DNA of 64,000 nt. Source: Proteromonas lacertae. Taxonomy: Eukaryota. Location: NCBI GenBank assembly GCA_002245135.1, contig NGBS01000586.1:248001-312000 (forward strand), read 5' to 3'. Positions 22,465 through 36,778 of this stretch are shown piece by piece. How positions within the stretch are numbered: position 1 is the stretch's first letter; each line of letters opens with the position of its first letter. The position numbers were made by a program, and so were the translations under genes. A model generated the notes under the pieces. The model was not told where the DNA came from. It did no database searches and worked only from the letters and a program-made list of their open reading frames with translations.

Positions 22465-25400
22465 ATGGCTTTAATTTGGATATTGTTGTTCATTTTGAGT
22501 GTCATATCTGAAAATGACTTTAAAATAGGATTTATGTTAAGAAAAGACGACTTATTAGACAAGCGAAAACTGAATCTGATATCCGATTATACACAGAAAG
22601 CATTTAATGATCAACCAGGTCAATTAAATCAAATTAAGATCTTCCAATGCACATATGAAAGTAACATACAAGATGTAACGAAATGTGTTACAGATTTAGA
22701 CAGAGATAGTGTCAAGATAATATACACATACTGCGATGATATATATTTTACTGATAGTCTAAGAAAACTTTTGGATGAAAAGAACATACTTGTTTGGTGT
22801 ATCAACACATACAGTATGGGATCTTGCGAGAAAAACTTTGTCATGGGCATTGGCATCGTTAAGACTATAGAAAAACGTATATATTATATTATCTATTTAA
22901 CATTATAGTATCATTCATAATGTCAACAAGAGCAGAAGGTTTCGGTTATATTGGCTTAAATAGACAGTTAGATGATTTTTATGTAGAGAGAATAGTAGCC
23001 GCTGCTACTGTTTTTGGTCAGAAAGAAGTAGGAATTTATTATAACGAAGTGGTTGATGAGAATATACTCAAAGAATATATCCAAAAGATAAAAGAACATA
23101 ACGATAATGTAGTTACCTATTGGAGACACAACAGTAAGACATTATATAACACTTTTATACAGCTAATGAATCATGAATCCTTAACAACTGATAAATATCC
23201 AATAGTATTACTAGAAGGAAGTTTAAATTTAGATAATTTAAAACCACCTAGTGTTGATTTGGATAATAATAAAGGAAACTATCATATAAGAGGTTATGAT
23301 GTATCATTTGATAATGAAGATAGTCAATATTATAAAGATAATTATTTACATACTGCAATAACACCATATGAAGAAGTAATAATGTATAATTTATTGTTAT
23401 TATTATTACTGATTATATATAGGTTGGGATTGATGAAAATGTTGATGTATGGATTAAATGAAAATGGAATAAAGAATCCACTTAATAAATTACATGTATT
23501 ATACAATAGAGCAATCCAATATGGTGGTGGTGAAATAGCTTTACTTCAAAACAATTATATTGCTACAACTGTTTATGCATTTGAATTTGATGGTAGTAAC
23601 AATGAAGGAGTTAAGAAATACACAATTGATGTATATAAATTCTTCGAACCTGAAGAAATAATAGGTATTATACATGAAAATAGTTGTAACTTCTTAATGT
23701 CTAGAGATGGTGTTAAAAAGAATGATTACATTGCATTCTTAATGGTTCAGAGTGTAGATGGTGATAGATATCTGGAAAATAGATATTTGAGAAGATTATT
23801 TATCTTTTTAGTTGATAAAATAAATGTTGAAGGTGGTATTCAAAGCAAGGAAGTAAAAGTTGTCTTTGTGAATATTAATAAGGATATTTATAATGTAACT
23901 GAAGATATCAATGAAAAAATAGAAAAATATAATATTGGAAGTGGATTTCTAGTTTGTTCTAGTGAAGAAAGAAATCAAATAACAAAAGAAATTGATGAAG
24001 ATTTCATGTTTTTCTATTTAGGTTTTGTTGAAGGAGAAGAATGTCAGAAGAATGTAATATTTGTATAAATATTTTCTTTTATTGTTATTATGGTATAGTC
24101 AAATTCATTAGAATCTACTAATTTTCACTTAATAATAGATTATTTAAGGAATGAATATTCAAATAGTAAAATATTGTTGATAGGAAGTGATGATCTGTAT
24201 ATATATTTATACTATTTTCATTTTATAGATTTGGATTATCATCTTTTAAGTTATTATCTAAAGAATTGTCTCAAAATGAGTTTAAAGTTGTTGATGAAGA
24301 AGGTCCAATTTTAAAAGAACAAACTGATTCTTATTTAGATAATATAATTGATAATTCAGTTTCTCTACTTGATAAGAATGATGTAATTATTATTACAGCA
24401 TCTGAAGACTATCAAGTTCCTTTGTTTAGAAGATTAATATCAAAGAATGTGATAAATAATCCATCTAATAATTATGTCATTATCTCTCTTACATTAGATG
24501 AGATTATAGCTGAAAGAATTGGTATTTCTAATTTAAAGAATGTGATTTTTCCAACTCACTTCTTTAATGGTTTTAAAACTAGTAACAAAGATTTAACCAT
24601 ATTCAAGACTTATATAAAACAAACAGAAGGATTGGTAATACCATTGACAAATAGAATGGGAATATTGTATAATAGTTTTATGTTAATATCAACCATCATT
24701 AAGTTTATTCAATATGAAAAGCCTAGTAAATATACTTCATTTTTATATAATTATCCAATAACTAATCCAATAGCAGGTGTTTATGAAATTAATTACAGTG
24801 GATATGGAATTGGTCTAGTAAGACTTGCAAAAGTATTATTATATTGATATGTTATAATTTGTTTAGATTGGTGATGCAGGAGATACAGTTTTAGTTTTAG
24901 AAGATTCATTCAATCGAATTGACAGTATATATCACAATGTTTCATTAATATGCGATTGGAGAGATAATAGAAATGGAACAAGAATAAAAAATTTCTATTA
25001 TGTTAGTACTTTATTCAATTTACATAGTCAGAATGCTTATAAACGAATGGATGATATAAGGTTAGCTATTGATTTAATAAATCAAGAAGGAGGAATAAAA
25101 GATAAAGATTTAGTGTTATTAAAGACCAATTATTATGGAGATGTTAGTAGAATATCCGATATTTATGAATCTCAAGTGAAGAAATATTCTAATATTTTAT
25201 GTTTTATTGGATCAGATACAGTTGAAGAAAAAGATGCAGTTGATAAAATATCATCAGAATATCAAGTTCCTATTTTTAGCATAACACCAGGTGTAGGTGA
25301 ACATAGTTATAAATCTATTATTCATGTATATAATAATTTTATTATTAATATATATATATGCATATATAGATGGCTTCAGTTTCATATCAAACAGTAGAAA

Positions 25401-28400
25401 TTCCATTATATTGGGCATTAGGAAATAAGAATTTTGATTTTATAGGAATAATGTATGAAGACAATGATTTGAATAAAAACAGAGATGAATATTTGACTAG
25501 AATGATAAAAGAATATTTTAAGAAAGACATTGCTTTTAATGAGATAATAACAAAGCCATATAATGACTTTATCCAAAACAAAATAAAACCAAAATTGAAA
25601 GAAAGAATGTGTATATTATCGTTTTTTGATACACATGCAATTGAGGTAGTTCAGAAATATGATTCAATTGTAGATTCTTCTAAATATCCACTAATTTTAT
25701 TTGATATTTCTTTTTATGATATAAATCGAATAGAATTTGTAAATCACTTTATATTTTTGAATTATGGTCCAGAATTAATGTCTAAGGAAAATGTTGATTT
25801 ATTGAATAGAATAAAAGAGTATAAAGGATCTGAAAAATTAGCAAAAGATGAGTTTATTAATATTTATGATGCTTTATTATTCATTACAAATGCATATAAT
25901 AGAGTTTTAGCTCATTCAATTATTGAAGAAAGTATAACAATACATGATATTAGACAAATGCTATATAATCTAGAGGTGAGATGCCCAGATGGATTAAAGA
26001 AGCTATTTCATAATAATTATGTGAATAAATACTTATATTTAATTCAAATAACATCACAGAATGATCATGTGCATTTTATGGATGTATCTTTTCCTGTTAT
26101 ACCAAGTCCGTATAGTTTTATAATGAATAATTATGAACATAAAACTATTGATTATGCATATGGAAATAATGAAGTGTATAATGATGATCCAATTAAGATT
26201 GTGTATTTTTTAGATTTGAATAATTTGGGCTTTGATAATTATATAATATCCAAATCTGTAATAGATCAAACCAATTATGATGGGGGATTAAATGGTAAAA
26301 GAATAGTTTCTGAGTTTTATCAGTGTCCAACTACTGAAGCAGAAGCTAATCAAACTGTGAAGGATTTGTATAATAGAAATTTCACAGTAGTAATAGGTGG
26401 ATGTGACAAAACAACAAGAAAAACATTAATACCAATTCTTGCTGACTTGAATATGTTATTATTCTATACAGGGAATAATGAAGGTTTAGAATGTTCAAGA
26501 AATGTAATTTACATGTCTTCATCTCCATCACAAGGAATTATTCCATATTTATTACATTTATTTAGAAGAGAACAAAGAACTTTTGTGTATATTCATGGAC
26601 ATGAAGAGAATAATGTTGTTAGAGATAAACTAATCAGATCTGTATTTAAAGGGTTTGGTGTGAGATTAGACGTAACAATAGGATTAGATTTTCTTCATAG
26701 AACAAAAGAACAAGTAGAACAGGATATAAAAATGGTGCTTGGAGTAATAGAATTTTACTATCGTGAAGGTTGTGCTATTCTTACATTAATGTCAGATGAT
26801 AATATTAATCTCTTTTTGAAAGTATTTAATCAATATTTCAGTCATTATGGAGATTCAAAAGATATAGCAAAGGTTTATCCACTTTATTTAATAGATGATA
26901 CTAACTCGGTATATGATCCAACAGTATCAGAGGGTAATTATGTTTATTCGGCAAATATATTTGATAGTAATAGTGAGATGAATATGAAATATGTAAAAGT
27001 GTTTAAAGATTATACTTATGGTAAATTACCAAGTCATTCTGATTTATTGCTATTTGATTCAACTGGACTTGTTTTACAGATATTTAAAGGTTTGCTGAAT
27101 GACATTCATAATCACACTGCTTTATTTAGACAAGTTTATCTAACATCGCTTATATCAGCATCAGGAAACCTTTCAGTAAGTGATGGAAATAGTGTCAATC
27201 AAAAATTATACTTTGGACAAATAAACAAAAATGGTACAATAGATTTGATAGATATAGTGACAGATAAGTACTATGGTGAAATGTATAGAACTAATTTTAA
27301 TAGAGAAGAGTATATTATTTGTGATTGGAAGAATAGAATGGTTGATAAATATTCTGAAGATTTTATAAGACTAGGAATTGTTGTTTCATCTGATATAAAT
27401 GCTATTGAAGATAGTGTATTACTGTTTTTATCTATTTATGCTGAATGTTTAATATATAACCAAATGTTAGGTGGAATAAAAGGAAAACAAATTAATTTAT
27501 TTACAGTTAATGATGGTGGATCAGAAAATGAAGCATATGAGAAAATAAAAAGTGCATATGAAGAATATAATATAATATTCTATTTGGGTGGATTTACTAG
27601 AAATGTAAGAGATGGTTTAAATAGAGCAGCAAATGAATTTAACTTGTTATTTTTCTATCCAAAAGATTATGAAGATGAAGAATGTAAGTTTAATGGATTC
27701 TACGGAGGAATTGGTTTTAATTCTTATATTCCTCTTCCTTCAATAATACAGCAACATTCATCAGGAACTTCATTAGTAATATTATATTCAGATACAGTTC
27801 ATTCTGTATATTTTGTGGAACAGTTATTAAAAGAGTTATCTATTTTGGGCGTTCAAGTAGAATTGTTGTTGAAAATAGTTTTCGGTAATTCAGATTTTGA
27901 TAATGTTGCAAAGAAGATATATCATATTGCTCCAAATGGTGTTTATATTGTATCAATGTTAGAAGGAAAAGCAAAATCCTATTTAATACAAAGTCTATAT
28001 AACAATAATATGTTTCCACCAAAATTTGTTGCTATGAGTATGAATATGGATGATGAATCAATGAAGAAACTAAAAGAAGCATCATCAGGCCATTTTTATT
28101 GGGATACTTATGAAGTAGATAATTCTTACGAATTGTATAACGATGTAGAATTGAATTTTCTTTTATTATGTCCATATATTGGAGATATTGATAGATTAAG
28201 CATTAGAGGAATAGTATTGACTAGATTATTAACTGATGCATGTAATAGAGCAGATGTATTAGAATATAAGGAAGTAAGAAAGAATTTATATGATCTTGTT
28301 GACACTGCATTTGGCACTATACAATTTACAAAAAACAACCGCTTACCTTCAACAGTTATATTAAAAAAAGGAGTATATAATGAGATAAGTGATGATTATA

Positions 28401-31400
28401 ACTATTCCATTGAATATGAATATAAAGGTAGATTTGTACCAAGAGTATATGGTAATGTTTTTATAAATACAAATGAAGTAAAAGAATGTGTTTTATATGA
28501 TACAAAAATAATTAATACGTATGATAGAGTGACAATTGCCTTGATATTTTCAACTTCAGGTGAATTGAAGGATGTTCATGAAAAAGCACTTTTAGGAGCT
28601 ATAACAGCTTTAGAAGATGTATATTATTCGATTTTTCATATTAACAATGCAAGTGTATTAGCAAGAGTTGTTAATTATAATAGTAATATTCAAACTTTAA
28701 AAGAACAACTGCAAGTATTAAGTGAAGATGATTCTGTTGTTGCTTACCTTGGTTGTACAGATATAGAATGTAAAGAAGTAGTTGAAAATGTTACAAATAC
28801 AATCAAGAAGCCTTTTTATTATCCAAAAATATCATTAGGAGAAGAATGTAGTTATTACACTTTCTTTACATCCATGGTTTCAAATCAATATGTTTCAAGA
28901 TTTTTTGATTTCTATCTTGCTAGTAGTTACAATAGAAATTATTATATTATAACAGAAAATAATCCTGCATTAGATACAATCAAAAGTGTAATTTATTATC
29001 AAACAGGTGGATTATTCAAAGAAGTAGGTTCGTTTGTTTATGAAGATGGCAAGAATTTCAATGTTGATTTATTGAATGACATATTTGAAAAAATGAAAGA
29101 TGGAGGTGTAATAATGATAATTTTACTAGATATTGATATATTACAGCAATTTTTAAATTTATATTCTTCAATGTTATTTGATAGTAATAAATTTGCAGTA
29201 GTTGATTTATTGTTGGAAATAGAAGAGTTAGAAAAAATATCAGAAAGTTCAAGAAAAGGATTGTATCATGTAACAAGATATTCATATGATATAGATTCAG
29301 AAGATAATAAAAAGTTCTTAAGTAAAACAATAAATTATGTTAATGAAAGAAAACCCACATCATTGTTTGAATCATCTTATTTAGCAGTTCAGTTTTTTGT
29401 AAATGCAGCAATGGGTGATAGTTTTGAAACAGAAGATATTATTCGTAATTCGATTGGTCTATCATATCGAGTTGGAAGTGGTTATGCAACAATTAATTCA
29501 AATCATTATATTACATCAGGTGTATTTATTGTTAGATTTGATATAGACAATGGTAAAACATATTCTATTGTAAAATCATATTTTGATCAAGTTAATCCTC
29601 AAGCATATAATTGGATGGTAACTTCAAATTTTGGGTATGTATGTACTTTTCCTGATAATTCAATTAAAGGAGTAAAAACTAAAATACCAATGGAAAGAAT
29701 TGCTGTAATAGGAGAATTCTCGAATCACTTAGACGTTGTAAGTTATATTACTGTATTTGAAGGTATGATTGATCTAATTAATGAAGAAACTATGGGTGGA
29801 TATTACATAAGAGTAAATTTTTTTGATTCAGAAATATGTTCAAATTTGATTAATCAATTTATATTAAATGGAAAACCAATTGCTGTATTTTCATTTTCAG
29901 ATAATGATGAATGTTTGAAAAGCCTTTATAGTGATGTTATTGAGATAGAAAATACTTTATTTTTTCAATTGGTAGAACAATCTGCATTAGTTTGTGTAGA
30001 ATATGTGTATTTTGCATTAGATCATTTTTCATTTTATACTCCAGTTTTAGATGTTATACAATCCAGATTGTATGATGAAATTCTAATTGTTAGTAATGAG
30101 AATAACACTATAGCAAAACTTTCTTATGAATATTTGAAAAAGAATTATGGAATTATGGATGATAAATATATTTTTGAATATAATGAGAATACAACATCTC
30201 AAAATGTGTTGGATTATTTATATTCATACAATAATAGATTATGTATTTTATTTTTTGGTACAACATATGGATTTAAGCTGTTAACTGAGTCAATGGAAAG
30301 TGAATCTATGACTGAACCGAAGTATCAGATAATTATTATGGATCCAAGCTCAGAAATTGATATAATTTCATTTCATGATTATGAAAGAGTATTATATTAT
30401 AAACCAATTGAATCAAATTATCAGTTCTATCTTCTAAAAGGTATGTTAAATGATGAAGTAGGCGAATTACCTTTTGTTAATGATGCTGCTGTTAGATTAT
30501 ATACAACAATGAAAATATGGAAAGCTGCAATAGATTCATTACCAAAGAATATATTCTTAGAAGGAGGAAGAGTAGCTAATGTATCTAGAACAAATGTAAT
30601 AAATGCAATTACTAATACTAAAATTGTGACTGTAGAAGGATTAACATTATTTGGCGATAATCATTATTTATCAAGATATTTAAATATTGTAGAACATGAT
30701 GATGATCATAATCTTATTATGAGTTTTGATGGAGATTATGTAACTAACGTTCACACATATATAAACGAGAAAATGAATAATGTAATAAAAGTATGTGATT
30801 TATCAAATCCAAGTTTAGATGGTGTATTTTTAGAAACAGAAACAATTGTCATAGTATTATCAATAACAGGACCTGATAGAGTTAAAGAACAATCAATATT
30901 TGAAGCAATTCATTTAGGTGTAGACTACATTAATCAAAATGGTTTGTTATTGGATCATTATATTTTATACAAGTTATATAATGCAGGATCTAGCGATGAT
31001 GACTATATCTCGATATTAAACGAATTAAAAAGTGAAAATTATAAATATATTTTTGCAGGTTTTAAAACTTCTACTTTAGAGAGAATAGGTGATATATTTG
31101 AAGATACAGATAAGAAATTGTTCTTTTTAGGTAGATCTTTAGGAAAATGTTATAGTAGCAATACAATAATAAGTCATTTACATCCGTCTCAAATTGCCCA
31201 AGCTGTTATTTATCGATTATTATCTGTGAGTTTTAGTGCATTTATTATTAGATCATCATCTGATGGTTTTGCTGATGCTGTACAACAACATATAAACTCA
31301 AGAATGGTTGGTTTATCATTAACTACATTAGGAAATATTGCACTAGAAGATCCAGAAAAAGCTATAAAGATAATAAGGACAGCCATACCAGAAGGAGGTT

Positions 31401-33791
31401 ATATTATAACAATATTCTCAAATCAGCAAGATACTATTGCATTCTACAGTGCAATGTGCAGAAATGGTTTGAAATATCCTAAATACAAAATTATCAATTC
31501 CATATTTAATGAGAATATGAAGTATTTATTTAATGATTATGAGTGTCTGTATGGTTCGATAGTAATGGATTCTTATTTTGAATCAGTTGGTGAAAATGAA
31601 CACAATGAAATAGAAGTGCCATCATTTGCCTCTGGTTTTAATATAGCTTATCACAATCATATTGGTGATTCAAATAAAAGAATAACTGGATTTCAAGTAG
31701 CTGCTTATGATGCAATTATCTTTTGGAGAGCAATAATTATAAAAAGAAATACTTTCGATATTAATGACTCATCAGATATGTATCATTATGTAGTAAATTC
31801 ACCATCTGGATTAATAGAACTTGATGTGAATAATTACATGTTAAGAACAGTATATGGAGGAACAATAAATGAAAATTGGTGATATAATTATTGATTGGTT
31901 ACCTTCAGCTACATTGAAAGCTTATATTTATGATCAATATAATATATCTGAAATAGGATACTTTTGTGATTGGACTGATTTAAAGAATAAAGGTAAAAAA
32001 TATTTACTAATCCTATAAATCTATTATTCGTTCATGAAAATGATTATGGAGGGAAAACTGATAGATATTCTCAATTATTGACTGACATAATAATTGTAAA
32101 TATAAATAAAGCAGGTGGAGTATTGGGTAGAGAAATAGCTGCTATTCATTTTTGGACAACAAGTTCAAAATTGTTTCAAACAATAAGAAAAGTAATTGAT
32201 ATAACAAAATCAGAAGTGATATTTGGTTGTGTGACTGAAAGTTGCGCTGATGAAGTAGAGACCTTTGTTTATAGCAGACCAGAAATGTTTTTTTATACAG
32301 GAAGAGATGATGGAGTGAATAACCAAAGAAATGCAATAATGAGTTGTACATCATTAAATCAAAAAGTGGATGTTCTTAATCAATATTTGATGTTATTAAG
32401 ATATAAATATGCCATATTAATTGGTGATAAAAGAAATATTACTGAAACAGGAAAGTATATAATAGAACAATCGTTCAAACAATCAAATATTACACTTTTA
32501 TATACCTTAAGTACTTCTGTTGTGGATGTAATTTATTTGAATAATTTGATGAATACATTATATTCACAAGTGGAGGATTTTATTGCAGATAAAGTAGCAA
32601 TAGTTGATTTATTTCCAACTGGTGAAAATCAAGTGTTTTTATCTGTTTTTTCTCAGAATAAACAATTATCAAATGCTACAGGGTTATTCATTATGAATTA
32701 TGATCCAGCTGATATATATGATGAATCATTATATAACTTAGGTGGTGAATATGTAATAACTTCATACAGTGTAACAAAAACTTCAACAATTTCAAATGCA
32801 TTCCATTATTTAATGAATTCTAATTTCCCAAATTTGGATGAAATATCTGAACTAAATGAAAATATATATAGTTCAATTTATCAATGGAAAGAAGCAGTAG
32901 AATATTCAAAGCAATACACAAATGGAAAATGGCCAAATAGGAATTATGTAGAATTAAGTATTAAAGATATAAGATATGAAGGCCCAAGCGGAAATATAAA
33001 AATTGAATCAAATAATCGAGCTTCAAAGAATGTTTTTTTATATAGAATAGATAATAGTCGTCTTATCCAAGAATATCCTAAATTGATTAAAGAAAATATA
33101 ATTCATCCATCTTCTACTTTTGGAAATGATGATAATTATACAAAATCTCAAAGATTATTTGAAATGAATGATTCATATGTTATATTAGTTGTGATATTTT
33201 GTATAGTAAATGTAATTTTATGTGTAATTGCCTTAAGTGTAGTAATTCATAAACGTAAAAGTAGAATAGTAAAGAATGAGAATTTGTCATTCTTGTGTTA
33301 TAGTATATTATCGTTATTTATATTGTCACTTGTTGGAATTATATATGTAATTCCACCTGATAATAAAGTTGTGTGCGCAATGCGTGTATGGTTATTGTCG
33401 CTATCTGTTGACTTAATCTTTAGTATAATGTTTTCAAAAGCATGGAGAATAAACAAATTGTTTAACAATAAAAAGTTAGAAAAAATCAAAATATCGAATA
33501 TGTTGTTATTAAAGATAATTGGTTTAATACTGTTATTACAGATTGTGTATTTGTCGTTGTGGTGGATTGTTCAACCATCTAATCCAATATTAACATATAC
33601 AGCAAATCATTCAAATTATTTAGAAGATGTATATTTCCGTCAATGCTCAACTTCATTACCATTTGTAATAATTGAATTTATAAAGAAATTTGCAATATTT
33701 AGTTATGGATTAAAATTGGGTTGGGGGTTAAGAACTGCTTCTGCAGAATATAATGATTCTAATTCAATAATATCTATAATTTGTGTTATGA

Positions 33792-33833
<42 letters not shown>

Positions 33834-34461
33834 ATATTTATTGTTATTAGTGATGTTTGGAATTATTTTAATTCCATTAGATTTCATGTTATCAAATGAA
33901 GCAGAATCAGTAATGTTTACTCGAAGTTTTGGAATAGAATTAGGTGTTTTATTATTGCTGTTATTACAATTTGGTTCAAAAATAATCAGTTTAATAAGAG
34001 GAAGATATTTCAGCAGTAGTGAAACAAATTCAGTTTCTGGTAGTTTTATGTCTTCAACATCTAATAGCACTCTTCGAAATAAATCGCTGGCAAGCCGAGG
34101 TAGATTTGAAGTATATCCCTGTTTAATTGATTTACCTCCAATTGTGATAGCTACCATATCTGAATCTGATAGATTTTTTGAAGAAATAATTAATAAGAGA
34201 AGTACAAAACTGTATGGTAGAAAGAATACTGTGGCTAGTAACCAAAGCATGGATAGCAAAGCATCTAATTTTTCATCTTCATCTTCTAGAGTTAATAAGA
34301 CTTTGCAAATTCAAATTAGTTTGGCTAATACTCAAATAGTTCATGAGAGATTTTCTGATAAAAAGACAACTCTTAGTCCAATTCATCGTAATAACATAAA
34401 TAATTCAACAAGAAATAATGTATTAACTGTACATACTTCAGCAATGAATACTAGATTGTAA
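22465..34461 (+). CDS. Giant class C-like GPCR: signal peptide + 9 tandem UrtA/AmiC-like periplasmic-binding (Venus flytrap) domains + 7tm_3 domain + Ser-rich tail
   Basis: ORFs 22465-34461 are joined by short introns plus two compensating frameshifts (~31877, ~32000). Repeating INxxGGxxG(K/R)xI and (L/F)FYxxxxEGxECSxN motifs at ~390-aa period; 7TM with CAMRVW..SKAWRINKLF, EYNDS, LLQFGSKI. Confidence 0.85.
33793..33828. repeat. (TA)n microsatellite inside a GPCR intron
   Basis: Run of ~18 TA units after the GT donor at ~33792. Confidence 0.9.
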
Positions 34462-34607
34462 AAGTATAATTGTATATTCTAAGGAAATAATAAAAATGTA
34501 AATAATCAATCAATGTGTAAATATTTATAATTATATTTTTTATCTGAATTATTTTTGAATGAATTAACATAATATAAACCTTCTTTATATAACAATAGTA
34601 TCATTAA

Positions 34608-35723
34608 TTAATCAATATTGAAGAATTCTTTTAATAATTCTTTCTTTTCTTCTTCTAGTTTTATCTTTTCAATTGAAGAAACAGTATTTAAAAATGATTT
34701 TAATTCTGATTTATCTATATTTTCTTTTGCTGTTATTGACAATTCATCTAAATTATTGTTGGATAAATCAAGCTTATAAAAATTAATTTGTTCAATTAAT
34801 GTGATATGAGAATCGTTAATATTTGAATCTATTTTAATACAATAATCCAAATAATATTCCAATTTTTCATTAGTCCATGATGGATTATCTCAATATTTCA
34901 CTCATTTTTATCATTTCTTTATTCAACTCTTTTAAACTCAGTCTATCTTCACTCTTTACTTTTAACATTCTCAATATCATCTCTTTCATTCTATCATCAC
35001 ATTCTACTTCAAAACTGTATTTACATTTCATAACATTCTCTTTTGTTTTATTCATATTATCATCTTCATTGAATGGTAATTTCTTAAACATCATTTCATA
35101 TAATATACATCCAATTGACCAAATCACACTTTCATCATTACATTCATATCCACTTAATTCTTCTAAGCTTTTGAAACAGATATCATACACTCTCATATCA
35201 TCTTCTTTTCTTAATTCATTCAACAATAAATCACATATTTTTACATTACCATCTTCTTCATATATTATGTTACTACTCTTCAAATTACCTACCACTACAT
35301 CATATTCATTCAATATCATCAATATATCACATATTGAACATATTACATCACATATTTCATTCATTGAAAGAGATTTATTCTGAATTATCTCTTCCATGTC
35401 TCTCAAGTAATATTTTCGTTTCAATATCACATATTCACTTTCAATATTTACTTGGAGTGTTTTAGAGGGATAAATAAAGGGTAAATGACAGTCTAACAGT
35501 AACTTATTGTTCTCTAGGAATTTTAATATCTTCTTTTCCTTAATTCCTGATACACTCAACATTTTCATCATCTTAAGATCATTTTCATTGAGAATTACTA
35601 AATTTAACTCACTACTACTTTTTTCTACTCTCTCTTTAATCTATACGAATAAATCAAGAGAAATACTTCAACATCATAGGGTAATATCAATGATAGAATG
35701 TCAGCTGAAAGAGAAAACTTCAT
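34608..35723 (-). pseudogene. Pseudokinase-LRR family copy 2 (kinase fold retained, LRR region mostly deleted)
   Basis: ATG 35723, intron, kinase-like ORF whose 228 aa match copy 3 exactly, stop at 34885, then short remnants homologous to the copy 1 tail ending KEFFNID*. Confidence 0.7.
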
Positions 35724-35875
35724 TATAGAATTATATGAAAAAATATTCGTTTTCAATTCAAATTTTTAAAGGATTTTTTATATATAAGATAGTTTTATTA
35801 GATACTTAAATATAAAAACACAAATAAACTAATACATGAAAAACATAACATAAATATTAAATACTTAGAGAGGAA

Positions 35876-36778
35876 TTACAGATCAGATAAAGGAGTAAGA
35901 AGATCTTTTATATTCATATCATATATATCATTTAATGAATAATAATCTCCATTATTTTCTACATTAGGAGGATACTTAAAAAATGGACCAGCATTTAGTC
36001 TAATTGAAGCATTCATATATAACGAAACGGCAGGGTAATAACTTCCATAATATAAATCACAAAATGCTATTCCTTGATCTATTCCATTTACAAAATACTT
36101 TATATAAGAATCTTTATAAATTGATAAAGGAATTGTATGATTAATTTCACCATACGATGGAGGCACTATATATATATATATATATTCTATTATATATATA
36201 TATAATACATTTAGCTTCTATTTGTGTTGATGGGTTAATGTTAGATGGTGAAAAATTTGGTAAATTTATTAGAACACCAATTGTATCTCCTTCACCATAT
36301 TTTATACCATATTTCTTTTTCATTTTATTATGAATTATATCACCATCTATATCTTTATAACCATAACTAAAATTATCAAAACCTATTGGAGCTTCTAAAT
36401 CAGCATAAATTAAACTACAACCTATTCTTACATGACTATTTTCACTTTCACTTTTTAATATGTCCATTTCCCAATAATAACAACCTTCTTCAATATGTTG
36501 ATTTACACGAGCTGTTCGGTAACCTCCACATCCACTTATTGTTAAACAATCTTCACTAATTTTTAACTCACCGTTTAGATGTTCAGTACACTTCACAAAT
36601 GATACATTATGCCGTTTTTCTAGTTCTTCTTCCTATTTTCATATTAGTATTATTTATTTATTATATATACTGCTTTGTTTTCTATACATGTTTTGTATTG
36701 TCCTTGTAAGAATTTAGGATCAGCATTAAATACACCTATCTTCTTTTGTTTTCTCTTTGCTATACTAATATTCTCCAT
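35876..36778 (-). CDS. SPRY-domain protein, ASH2L/Bre2-like
   Basis: GYRTARVN..EGCYYWEM..HVRIG..DLEAPIGFDNFSYGY..YGEGDTIGVLINLP..NGIDQGIAFCDLYYGSYYPAVSLY..LNAGPFFKYPP. Confidence 0.85.
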
